This document shows, piece by piece, positions 42,338-51,346 of a DNA stretch of 64,000 bases. The translations under genes and the position numbers were made by a program. Each line of letters opens with the position of its first letter. Positions within the stretch are counted from its first letter, which is position 1. Below the pieces are notes generated by a model, which was given only the letters and a program-made list of their open reading frames with translations, was not told the origin of the DNA and ran no database searches. The DNA comes from Planctomycetota bacterium (lineage in GTDB: Bacteria > Planctomycetota > JAJSAM01 > JAJVHW01): assembly GCA_965248445.1 (NCBI GenBank), contig CBDFJG010000003.1:608001-672000 (forward strand). The letters are read 5' to 3'.

Positions 42338-42970
42338 TCACCCCGTCCGCGCGCCGAGGATCTGAACGCGGCCGTCCGCGATGCGCAGACGCTCCGTGGC
42401 GAACAGTTCGATCGCCTCGGGGTACGCCTCGCACTCGGCGGCGAAGACGCGACGCTGCACGTCCGTCGGGCTGTCGTCGAAGCGCACCGGAACCGTCTTC
42501 TGCAGGACGATGGGGCCGGTGTCGTACGCGGCACTCGTCGCGAAGTGGACCGTGCAGCCCGTCACCTTCACCCCGCGCTCGATAACTGCCTCGTGCACGC
42601 GCATTCCGTACATTCCTGTGCCGCCGAACGCCGGCAGCAGCCCCGGGTGGATGTTCATCACCTTGTTGCGGTACGCGGCCGGGAAGTCCCAGAGACGGAG
42701 GAAACCGGCCAAGCAGACCAGGTCGGCGGCCGACTCGCGGACGACGTCGGTGATGTGCCGAGAGAACGCCTCGCGTCGCGTTCTCTCGTACTTCACGGTC
42801 TCGACCGGGAGGTCGAGCTCGTGCGCGTGCGCGATCCCGTCCGCATCCGGATTCGACGAGATCACCACGGCGATCTCCGCGGCCAATCGGCCGTCGGCGA
42901 TGCGCTCCGCCAGATTCACGAGGGTCGTGCCACCGCCGGAGATCATCACGGCGAGGCGAGGTGGGGTCAC
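42338..42970 (-). CDS. purN: Phosphoribosylglycinamide formyltransferase
   Basis: ISGGGTT, CLAGF, NIHPGLLPAFGG, GCTVHF, YDTGPIV. Confidence 0.95.
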   Translation of the reverse strand: MTPPRLAVMISGGGTTLVNLAERIADGRLAAEIAVVISSNPDADGIAHAHELDLPVETVKYERTRREAFSRHITDVVRESAADLVCLAGFLRLWDFPAAYRNKVMNIHPGLLPAFGGTGMYGMRVHEAVIERGVKVTGCTVHFATSAAYDTGPIVLQKTVPVRFDDSPTDVQRRVFAAECEAYPEAIELFATERLRIADGRVQILGARTG

Positions 42971-45837
42971 GTGGCGGCGCTCTCAGTCGCCACCGCGAGG
43001 CCATCTGCGCGGAACGGCTCGCAGCGCGCGCAGAGCGCGTCGCCGTTGTCGGGGGTCGTGACATGGTCGCGATTGCGCCAGCACCGTTCGCATCGCGCGC
43101 GCTCCGTGCGGCGCACCAGCATGCGCAGACCCGTCGTACCCGTGTCCTGGAGAGCGGCCATCTCTTCCTCGTCGTCTGCGTCGACGTGGTGGATGGACGC
43201 GACGCCGAGCACCTCCAGCACGCCCTCGCGCCAGTCCTCGCCCATGAACTGCTCGGCCTCTGCCCAGAGCGCGTGGTCGATCGATTCGTCAGTGGCGAGA
43301 TAACGCACCGCGGCCTCCTGGGCCGAGCCGAGCTGCTTGCTCTTGCGCAGCGGATCGATGAGCCGCTCGATCTCGGTCCGTACGCCGCGCAGCCGGTTCA
43401 TCCACTCGCGGCGCTCCTCGCCGGTGCTTCCGTGATGGGGCCACGTCTCGAGGTGAATGCTCGCTTGTTTGTCGAACCCGGGCAGGTCGAGGGCGTCCCA
43501 CACCTCCTCGCAGGTATGCACGAGGATCGGCGCCCAGAGCTTCGCGAGCACCGTGGCGAGCCGGAAGAACGCGGTCTGCGCCGAGCGGCGGTCAACGCCC
43601 TTGGACGTTCCGCAGTACAGGCGGTCTTTCGCGAGGTCGAGGTAGAAGGCAGAGAGGTCGTGATCCATGAACTCGCGCAGCGTGTGCGCGACCCGGTGGT
43701 ACTCGTAGCCCTCGTACGCCGCTTCGCACTGCGAGACGATCTCGTCGAGTCGCTCCAGTATCCAGCGGTCGGGAGCCCGCAGATTGTGCACCTCGACGTG
43801 ATCCTCCCGCGGCTCGAAGTCGGCCAGTCCTCCGAGGATGAACCGGAACGTGTTCCGGATTTTGCGGTAGACGTCGGCGGCCGGGTCGATCAGGCGCCGC
43901 GACACCGGCACGTCGTCGAAGTAGTTCCCCATGAGATAGAACAGCCGCACGATGTCGGCGCCGATCTCCTTGAAGACCACGTCCGTGGACAGTTCCTTCA
44001 TGCCACCCTTGGACTTGCTGACCTTGTCCCCGCGGTCGTCGACGAAGAACCCGTGCGTGACGCATGTGGTGTACGGCGCGCTCCCCGTGACGGCGATGCT
44101 CGGGAGGAGGGAGGACTGGAACCAGCCGCGGTGCTGGTCGTGGCCCTCCAGGTAACAGTCCGCAGGGAACTTCAGTCCGTGCGCATCTCCGAGCACGGAC
44201 TTCCACGACGAGCCCGACTCGAACCACACGTCGAGGATGTCGGTTTCGCAGCGGAACTCGGTGCCACCGCAATCGCACGTGAGGCCCGCCGGTGCGAGGT
44301 CAGCGGCTGGGCGCTCGAACCACACGTCGGCGCCGTGCTCGGCGACGAGTCCGCGCACGTGACGCACGATCTCGCCCGTGCAGTGCACCTTGTCGCAACT
44401 CTCGCAGTAGAAAGCGATGATCGGTACGCCCCAGGCGCGCTGCCGCGAGATGCACCAGTCCGGACGGTCCCGCAGCATTCCCATGATCCGCTGCTTGCCC
44501 CAGCGCGGGATCCACGTGATGTCGTTCTCGCAGATGTCGAGGGCCCGCTGACGCAGGTCCTGGTGATCGACCGACACGAACCACTGGTCCGTCGCCCGGA
44601 AGATCACCGGCTTCTTGCAACGCCAGCAGTGGGGGTAGGAGTGCTCGAAGTCCGTCTTGGCAGCGAGCCGCCCGTTGGCGCGGAGCAGTTCGAGGATCAG
44701 CGCATTGGCCTTGAAGACGTGCTGACCGACGAGGTCGTCGCGCCCCACGTCCGTCGTGTAGAGGCCCCCGCGGTCGACCGGGCAGACGAGTTCGAGGCCC
44801 TCGCGTCGTCCGGTCTCGAAGTCGTCGTGACCGTGGCCGGGCGCCGTGTGGACGCAGCCCGTTCCGTCGTCCTTGCTGACGTAGTCCGCCAGCACGACGG
44901 GCACGGTCATGTCGAGGAACGGGTGGTGCAGTTGCATCCCGGCCAGGTCGGCGCCCTTCACGACGGTGAGGACCTCGTGATCCACGCCGCCGACGGCTTC
45001 GAGGTACGCCTGCACGAGTTCCAGCGCGACGATCGCCCGCTGCTCCCGGTCCGGCCCGTCGTGCGTCACGATCGCGTAGGCCAGCTCCGGGTGCAGGGCG
45101 ACCGCACGGTTGGCCGGGAGAGTCCACGGGGTCGTTGTCCAGATGACGATGTCGGTCGGCTCGCCGCCCACGCGCGCGAGGTCGCTCTGTGCGACGGCGA
45201 AACGGACGTGGATCGACGGTGACGTCTCCTGTCCGTACTCGAGCTCCGCCTCGGCGAGCGCAGTGCGGCAGTGCACGCACCAGTGGATTGCGCGGAGACC
45301 GCGCGTCACGTACCCGCCCTCGACCAGGCCGGCGAACACGTCGAGGATGCCGGCCTCGTAGCCCGGGTTCATCGTCAGGTATGGACGCTCCCAATCGCCG
45401 AGCACGCCGTAGCGCTTGAAGCTCTTGCGCTGGACGTCCACCCACTCCTCGGCGTACGTCCGGCAGAGCCGCCGGATCTCGGCCTTGGTCTTGTCGCGCG
45501 CTTGCTTACCGAGCTTCTTGACGACGTTGTGCTCGATGGGGAGGCCGTGGCAATCCCATCCCGGCACGTACGGTGCATCCCGACCGCGCATGGTCTGGTA
45601 GCGCACGGCGATCTCCTTGAGCATCTTGTTGCGCGCTTGTCCAGGGTGGATGTCGCCGTTGGCGTACGGCGGTCCGTCGTGAAGGACGTACATCGGTTGC
45701 CCCGCGCGCGCCTCACGGATCCGCGCGTAGAGGTCCAACTCCTCCCAGCGCGCCTGGATCTCCGGCTCGCGACGAACCAGGTTCGCCTTCATGGGGAAGT
45801 CGGTACGGGGCAGGTTGAGGGTCTTCTTCCAGGACAT
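42967..45837 (-). CDS. ileS: Isoleucine--tRNA ligase (type 1-like, C-terminal zinc finger)
   Basis: TLNLPRTDFPM, HDGPPYANG, PGWDCHGLP, WTTTPWT, DWCISRQR, QHRGWF, KVSKS, CERCW...CARC. Confidence 0.97.
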   Translation of the reverse strand: MSWKKTLNLPRTDFPMKANLVRREPEIQARWEELDLYARIREARAGQPMYVLHDGPPYANGDIHPGQARNKMLKEIAVRYQTMRGRDAPYVPGWDCHGLPIEHNVVKKLGKQARDKTKAEIRRLCRTYAEEWVDVQRKSFKRYGVLGDWERPYLTMNPGYEAGILDVFAGLVEGGYVTRGLRAIHWCVHCRTALAEAELEYGQETSPSIHVRFAVAQSDLARVGGEPTDIVIWTTTPWTLPANRAVALHPELAYAIVTHDGPDREQRAIVALELVQAYLEAVGGVDHEVLTVVKGADLAGMQLHHPFLDMTVPVVLADYVSKDDGTGCVHTAPGHGHDDFETGRREGLELVCPVDRGGLYTTDVGRDDLVGQHVFKANALILELLRANGRLAAKTDFEHSYPHCWRCKKPVIFRATDQWFVSVDHQDLRQRALDICENDITWIPRWGKQRIMGMLRDRPDWCISRQRAWGVPIIAFYCESCDKVHCTGEIVRHVRGLVAEHGADVWFERPAADLAPAGLTCDCGGTEFRCETDILDVWFESGSSWKSVLGDAHGLKFPADCYLEGHDQHRGWFQSSLLPSIAVTGSAPYTTCVTHGFFVDDRGDKVSKSKGGMKELSTDVVFKEIGADIVRLFYLMGNYFDDVPVSRRLIDPAADVYRKIRNTFRFILGGLADFEPREDHVEVHNLRAPDRWILERLDEIVSQCEAAYEGYEYHRVAHTLREFMDHDLSAFYLDLAKDRLYCGTSKGVDRRSAQTAFFRLATVLAKLWAPILVHTCEEVWDALDLPGFDKQASIHLETWPHHGSTGEERREWMNRLRGVRTEIERLIDPLRKSKQLGSAQEAAVRYLATDESIDHALWAEAEQFMGEDWREGVLEVLGVASIHHVDADDEEEMAALQDTGTTGLRMLVRRTERARCERCWRNRDHVTTPDNGDALCARCEPFRADGLAVATESAAT

Positions 45838-45876
45838 CACGCCCTCCCGGGGGAGTGCCTCGGAGGATACGCCGGG

Positions 45877-46188
45877 CTAAGTGTCCAGACCGAGAAGGCG
45901 CCGCGCCGACGGCTCGTCGATGCCCTGCGCGCGGATGGTCTTCTTCCGCGACGAACGACCGGCAACCAGCGCGAGATCGGACTTCCGGAGTCCGAGCCGC
46001 TTCGCCATGAGCCGCAGGAGCGCGTTGTTCGCCTTGCCGCCCTCGGGCGGGGCCGTGACGCGGACGCGGAGGCGTTGCCCGTGGGGACCCACGATCTCAT
46101 CGCGCGAGGCTCCCGGGACGACGAGCAGCTCGAGGCGAACGCCGAACAACTCGGGATGGACACAGGGTCCAGGCGCGCCGGACGTCAC
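45877..46188 (-). CDS. DUF167 (YggU/UPF0235) family protein
   Basis: VVPGASRDEI, LRVRVTAPPEGGKAN, LVAGRSSRKK. Confidence 0.88.
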   Translation of the reverse strand: MTSGAPGPCVHPELFGVRLELLVVPGASRDEIVGPHGQRLRVRVTAPPEGGKANNALLRLMAKRLGLRKSDLALVAGRSSRKKTIRAQGIDEPSARRLLGLDT

Positions 46189-46195
46189 CGCCGGC

Positions 46196-48943
46196 CTACT
46201 GCTTGCCCCAGGAGTCGAGGAACTTGTCTATGCGGCTGGCGGAGAACAGCGGCGGGAGCTCCGCGGCGGGCCGTCCCTCGATCACGACGAACGTCTCGGT
46301 GAGGCTGTGGCGGTCGCGCCACGCGTCGATGCGCAGCAGCGCCGTCGCGAACTTGTCCTCCCCGAGATCCACGATGCTCTGATACTCGATCAGCGCGCGG
46401 AGCTCAGCCTGCAACTCGGCGAGTTCCTCGGGCGTGACGCCGGCTCCTCCACCCTGGGCGCGCTTGAGCAACGCGGTCGCCTCGGCGGCCCGGCCGTGCT
46501 CCCCGAAGATCCAGGCCAGCCCGAGCGCCAGCTCCGGCTCGATGCGGTCGATCCGGCCCGCGAGGAAGATGTCGTACACCTGCTTCGCAGTGAGGTCGGC
46601 CCAGGCGTAACGCTTCGCGGTGCTGCCGAGTTGGAGCGCCACGTCCACGCGGAACTCCGACTTGTTCGGCGGCTTCTTCAGGTCCAGCGTGGACTTGGCG
46701 CCCCGCACCGCGACCGGCAGATCGGAGAGCACCTCTCCATCCTTGATGAGCTGGCCGGAGCCGGCGGCGGCGATGAATGCCTCCCAGCTCGCCTGCATCC
46801 CGCGCAACCGCTCCGCGCGCGTGGCGGCGCGGCTCTTGTAGAGCCACGTGCCGAGACCCGCGCTCTCCCGTTCCATGACCTTTGCGGCCCCTTCGAAGTC
46901 GAAGGCCCAGAACGGGTCCGTCAGTTCGTCTCCTTGGGCGCGAACCGTGCGCGCAGCGGTGATGTAGAGCACGCGGTCATGGCCCAACTGTTCGGTGAGG
47001 TCGACCTTGACGGCCTGGCTCTTGTTCTCGATCCAGTCGTTCGCCGACGCCGCCAGTGCCGCGATCTTCGCGCAGGCGCCGGAGTGAGCGTCGAGCGCCT
47101 TCTTGAGTTCGTCCATGGCCTGGACGGCGCCGCGTGGATCGTTGTTGTCGAAGAGCTTCTGAGCCGCAGCGATACGCGTGTCGAAGTCGGCACTGACCGC
47201 CTTGTCGACGGCGTCCTTCAGCCCGTCCAGGTACGTCGTCGCATCCGGCACGTGCTGGCCGTGGGTCTTGAACTCCCGCCCGGCGCGCGTGGCCTGTCCG
47301 GTCGCCAAGGCCTGCGTCCAGTCCTGGTCGGCAACGAACGCATCGATCCGGAGCTTCTCCTTGTCCCACCACACCTTGGCCGCGCCGATGGTCCCGCGGT
47401 ACTCGTCGTTCAGCCGCGTGAGCTCGGCACGGATCTCGTTCGCGCGCTTCGTTGCGTCGCGCTCCGCCTTGGTGCCGTTGTGCGTGGTGGCGAGTCCGTC
47501 GAATCGATCGGCCTTCTCGCGCCAGAGGGCTTCCTTGTCGAGCGAGATCGGCGCGGATGGCGGCCTTCCGCCCAGGCGCGCAAACGCCAGCTCGGCCTTC
47601 GTCTCGAGTTGCTGCTGTTTGAGTTTGGCGAGTTCCGCCGGATCGGCCCCGCTGTGGATGACCTCCGGCTCGGGCTTGATGGTCTTCGTGACGACGTCCT
47701 TCGGCTTCAGCACCTGCCAGATGACGACTCCGATCAGCGACGCGATGAGGATGGCGCCGGCGATCAGGAGCGGCTTGTTGACCTTCTTGAGGCCCGACAG
47801 CTCCATCCGGTGCGCGAGCTCGAACGCCTCCAAGTCTTCGAGGAGTTCCGTCGCGCTGCCGTAGCGATCCGAGACCTGCTTCTCCATCATCTTGTCGACG
47901 ATGGCCGAGAGGTCGGCGGGGAAGTCCTCGACCTCCTCGGTCAGCGGCACGTGCGGCTCACCGATCTGCTTGCGCAGGATCTCCTTCACGCTCTGCCCGG
48001 CGAACGGCGTGCGGCCGGAGACCATTCGGTAGAACGTCGCGCCCAGCGAGTAGATGTCCGCGGAACCGGTGGTCTTCTTGCCGCGCGCTTGCTCCGGGGC
48101 GATGAAGTGCGGGGTGCCGAAGATTTTGCCGTCGCTCTCCTGGTCGCTGCGCTGCGCGAGTCCCAGGTCGCCGAGTTTGACGCGGCCCTCGCTCGTGAGC
48201 ATCAGGTTGTCGGGCTTGATGTCACGGTGCACGATGCCGTGCTTCTCGGCGAACACGAGCCCCTGGCACGCGTCCTTGACCATCGGCATCGCCTCGGTCC
48301 AGGGCAGGCGTAGATCCTCGCGCTGCGCGAGTACGTCCTGCACGGCGCCGCCGTCCATGAGCTCCATGGACAGGAAGTGGAGGCCGCCGGCCTGGCCGAC
48401 GTCGAGCACCTGCACGACGTGTGGATGTTGCAGTTGGCCCGCAGCACGCGCCTCGGCGACGAACTGCTGCACAAACTCGGGGTCCTTCGCGAACTTCGCG
48501 GCCAGCACCTTCAGCGCGCAAATGCGGTTCAGGCTGATTTGCCGCGATTTGTACACGGTGCCCATCCCGCCGCGGCCGATGCGCTCGAGGATCTTGTAGC
48601 CACCGATGTCCTTGCCGGCGAGGCCCTTGGCCTTGCCCTCGTCGGTCTTGTCTTCTTCGAGGAACGAGAAGACCGTCTCGCCGACCTGGATGCGGTCGCC
48701 GAACGAGAGGGCCTGCTCCTGCGTGAGCTCTTCCTCATTCCTGTACGTGCGGTTCCGGGAGCCGAGATCCAGCACGGTCCACACACTGTCCGACTGGCGA
48801 ATCTGGAAGTGCCGGCGGGACGCGGCGGGGTCCGAGATGATGATCTCGTTCGCGGGATCGCGCCCGACGACGACGGGCGTTCCGGGCCGCACGTTGTACG
48901 AGAAGCCCTTCTCCTGTCCGCGTTCGACCACCAGGCTCGGCAA
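46196..48943 (-). CDS. FHA-domain Ser/Thr protein kinase with a TM helix and a large C-terminal helical domain
   Basis: FHA (VGRD...ASRRH...DLGSRN), IGRGGMGTVY, CALK, HRDIKPDN, DLG, GTPHFIAPE, TM LLIAGAILIASLIGVVIW. TTG start at 48943 with GAGGG RBS. Confidence 0.92.
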   Translation of the reverse strand: MPSLVVERGQEKGFSYNVRPGTPVVVGRDPANEIIISDPAASRRHFQIRQSDSVWTVLDLGSRNRTYRNEEELTQEQALSFGDRIQVGETVFSFLEEDKTDEGKAKGLAGKDIGGYKILERIGRGGMGTVYKSRQISLNRICALKVLAAKFAKDPEFVQQFVAEARAAGQLQHPHVVQVLDVGQAGGLHFLSMELMDGGAVQDVLAQREDLRLPWTEAMPMVKDACQGLVFAEKHGIVHRDIKPDNLMLTSEGRVKLGDLGLAQRSDQESDGKIFGTPHFIAPEQARGKKTTGSADIYSLGATFYRMVSGRTPFAGQSVKEILRKQIGEPHVPLTEEVEDFPADLSAIVDKMMEKQVSDRYGSATELLEDLEAFELAHRMELSGLKKVNKPLLIAGAILIASLIGVVIWQVLKPKDVVTKTIKPEPEVIHSGADPAELAKLKQQQLETKAELAFARLGGRPPSAPISLDKEALWREKADRFDGLATTHNGTKAERDATKRANEIRAELTRLNDEYRGTIGAAKVWWDKEKLRIDAFVADQDWTQALATGQATRAGREFKTHGQHVPDATTYLDGLKDAVDKAVSADFDTRIAAAQKLFDNNDPRGAVQAMDELKKALDAHSGACAKIAALAASANDWIENKSQAVKVDLTEQLGHDRVLYITAARTVRAQGDELTDPFWAFDFEGAAKVMERESAGLGTWLYKSRAATRAERLRGMQASWEAFIAAAGSGQLIKDGEVLSDLPVAVRGAKSTLDLKKPPNKSEFRVDVALQLGSTAKRYAWADLTAKQVYDIFLAGRIDRIEPELALGLAWIFGEHGRAAEATALLKRAQGGGAGVTPEELAELQAELRALIEYQSIVDLGEDKFATALLRIDAWRDRHSLTETFVVIEGRPAAELPPLFSASRIDKFLDSWGKQ

Positions 48944-48954
48944 CGTGTTTCCCT

Positions 48955-49812
48955 CTAGCTCCCAGATCCCAAGGCCGACGAGTCCAAGGTCGGTGGCCCC
49001 GGCGGGTCCCATCCACCCGGGTGATCAGTCACGAGTATGCGCCCGAGGCGCACGAGGGTCGCCCCTTCCTCGACGGCAACGCCGAAGTCGCTACTCATCC
49101 CCATGCTGAGTTCCCGGCCTTCAAGATATCCGCGATCGTGCGCCGCGTCGCGCAACTCCCTCAGGCGCCGGAAGACCGGGCGGACCGTCTCCGGATCGTC
49201 CGTCGCGGGCGCCATCGTCATGAGGCCCGTGACCCGCAGCCGTGCTAGGTCGCGGGCCCGCTGCAGCATCGCAGGGACGTCCGACGGCGGGAATCCGCCC
49301 TTCGAGTGTTCTCCGCTCACATTCACTTGGACGAGCACGTCCAGCCGTCGAGACCCACCGACCCGCTCGAGCGCCGCATCGAGGCCCGCCAGCAGCGACC
49401 AGCGGTCGCCGGCGTGGAGCACGTCCGTCAGCCGCAGCGCCCGCCCGATCTTCCTGCTCTGGAGGTGGCCGATCAGGTGCCAGCGGGGCCGTTGGGGGTC
49501 CGGATCGAGCGCGGCACGCTTGGCCTCCAGCTCCGCCACGCGGTTCTCACCGAGGTCCTCGAGCCCGAGGCGAGCCAGCTCCCGCGCCGTCTCGCTGCCC
49601 ACGGACTTGGTCACCGCCACGATCCGGACATCTGCCGAATCCCTCTCGACGCGCGAGCAGGCGGCCTCGATCCGGGCCTGCACAGTGGCGAGATTTGCGG
49701 CGAGATTTGCGGCCAGCGGGCTCGCCGGGTGGTCGGCGCCGTCCCTCCGCCCCCCGTCATCGGCCTCTCCCTCGCCGTCGGCGGGGCCAGCCGGGAGGTG
49801 GGGGGGAGACAT
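48955..49812 (-). CDS. yggS: YggS/PLPBP pyridoxal phosphate homeostasis protein
   Basis: VAVTKS, GENRV, WHLIGHLQSRK, QVNVSGE, GLMTM, LSMGMSSD, VRLGR. Start uncertain. Confidence 0.93.
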   Translation of the reverse strand: MSPPHLPAGPADGEGEADDGGRRDGADHPASPLAANLAANLATVQARIEAACSRVERDSADVRIVAVTKSVGSETARELARLGLEDLGENRVAELEAKRAALDPDPQRPRWHLIGHLQSRKIGRALRLTDVLHAGDRWSLLAGLDAALERVGGSRRLDVLVQVNVSGEHSKGGFPPSDVPAMLQRARDLARLRVTGLMTMAPATDDPETVRPVFRRLRELRDAAHDRGYLEGRELSMGMSSDFGVAVEEGATLVRLGRILVTDHPGGWDPPGPPTLDSSALGSGS

Positions 49813-49988
49813 GGAGTCGGAGTGCGTCCGTGGGGCTCGCGGAAGCGGGTCGCGGGCGTCCGCGAACGGTACGCAGCGGGGGCCGCGGCGGCCAGCAATT
49901 CGAGCCCGCTCGCGGTCCGCATCGCCGGGCTCGCGGAAACCTCTGTCACGGGCGTACTTCTGCCGGTTTAGGCAACGTGACAATCCGC

Positions 49989-50018
49989 TTGACTCCCCCG
50001 ACGCGCCATCCCTACGAT
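49989..50018 (+). promoter_or_regulatory. Sigma70-like promoter TTGACT-N18-TACGAT
   Basis: Near-consensus boxes about 110 nt upstream of the beta-propeller gene. Confidence 0.5.
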
Positions 50019-50127
50019 CGCCGCGCCAAAGAGGGCTGCGTGAAGGGCTTGGCAGGTGTTCGTCTCCCTGGTGTTGGGGACGTCGTGCGGCCGTTCTCGT
50101 GAGCCCTTGCGACCAGGGAGGTCATGG

Positions 50128-51267
50128 ATGATGCGGCGTGCCTACGCCTCTGGATTCCTCGTGCTGGCGCTTTCGCTGGCCGCGTGCGGTGCCACGATGC
50201 GGCCGCGCGCACCGGGGAACGAATCGATGCGATCTCAGATCGAGGCTCTCGGTCTCGAGGGTCGCACCTACGTCCACGACCTCGGCCAGGCGTCTTCGAT
50301 CTACGTGCACGCGGTGCACAGGATCGGCGACGACCTCCTGCTCGAGGACATCCACGGACGGGTCACGTATCTCGACGGCGGAACGCTGAACGTCCGCTGG
50401 GAGTACTACGGACTCGACGAACCGTTCTCGAAGCGCCCGACGTACACACCGTCGGCGATCATGGGAATGTCGGACGGGAAACTGCACGTCCTGACTCGTG
50501 ATGCGGGAATTCCCGATCCGCCGCCGCGGCGCGTCGACGTCATCCCGTCGTCCGCGCCCGTCGCGAACGACACGACGTTCTACGTGCCCACGTACCCGAC
50601 TCCTGCGGGCAACCGCACCATGTACTCCGTCAGCCTTGGAAGCGGGTACATCGGCTGGGGCCACCGGACGCGCTCGCCGATCTCGGCGGACATGGCCAAG
50701 GGTGGGCCGATGGGTGGCGACACCATCTACTTCGCGACCACTACGGGAGAGGTCTACGCCTTCCCGATGTACGAGTCGACCCAAGCCGATCCTGAATCGG
50801 CGTGGTACGCGCACGCGCTGTCCGGGGTCACTAAGGACCTGGTGGTGGACGGCGACGACCTCGGCGTCGTGACCGACGACCACCGGCTGATCTGCTACGA
50901 CCGCATCACGGGACAGGTGCGCTGGACGGCGTACCCGGATCCGGGTGAGGCCGCGCACTCGGCCGCGCAGTTCTCTAGCACGCAGGTGTTCTACCTGCGG
51001 GGCGGCGCGCTCCACGCGTTCGACCGCGAGACGGGGACGCCGGCCTGGAGTTGCCCCGGCGGCAAGCGCTTCATCGCTGCCCGGGAAGACTTTGTCCTGA
51101 TCGACGGCGGCAACCACACCGTGATCAAGGTCGATGCCGCCACCGGCGAGCCGATGGCGAACTCGCGCTTCCCCGGTGTGCACTGGCCGACCCAGCCCAT
51201 GAGCGACGGGACGATCCACGCGATCACCCAGCGCGGGCTGATCATCGGCGTGGAGCACGGCTGGTAG
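50128..51267 (+). CDS. PQQ-like beta-propeller lipoprotein (BamB-like fold)
   Basis: GGGAGG RBS, lipobox LAAC, repeats YLDGGTLNVRW, CYDRITGQVRW, AFDRETGTPAW, VDAATGE. Confidence 0.82.
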   Translation: MMRRAYASGFLVLALSLAACGATMRPRAPGNESMRSQIEALGLEGRTYVHDLGQASSIYVHAVHRIGDDLLLEDIHGRVTYLDGGTLNVRWEYYGLDEPFSKRPTYTPSAIMGMSDGKLHVLTRDAGIPDPPPRRVDVIPSSAPVANDTTFYVPTYPTPAGNRTMYSVSLGSGYIGWGHRTRSPISADMAKGGPMGGDTIYFATTTGEVYAFPMYESTQADPESAWYAHALSGVTKDLVVDGDDLGVVTDDHRLICYDRITGQVRWTAYPDPGEAAHSAAQFSSTQVFYLRGGALHAFDRETGTPAWSCPGGKRFIAAREDFVLIDGGNHTVIKVDAATGEPMANSRFPGVHWPTQPMSDGTIHAITQRGLIIGVEHGW

Positions 51268-51289
51268 GCGGCATCTGAACGAGTGAAGA

Positions 51290-51316
51290 GGCCGGCCGCG
51301 CAGCGCGCGGCCGGCC
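51290..51316. terminator. Perfect 12-bp hairpin between convergent genes, probable bidirectional terminator
   Basis: GGCCGGCCGCGC-AGC-GCGCGGCCGGCC. Confidence 0.6.
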
Positions 51317-51346
51317 GTTCTGATTCGGCCTCAGGCGGATTCCGCG

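Noticed and set aside
49687..49713. Exact 12-nt duplication in yggS (LAANLAANLA) and the similar PQMPERTEMPEM repeat near 35510-35545
   Set aside because: Short in-frame slippage duplications in variable terminal regions; no sign of phase variation.
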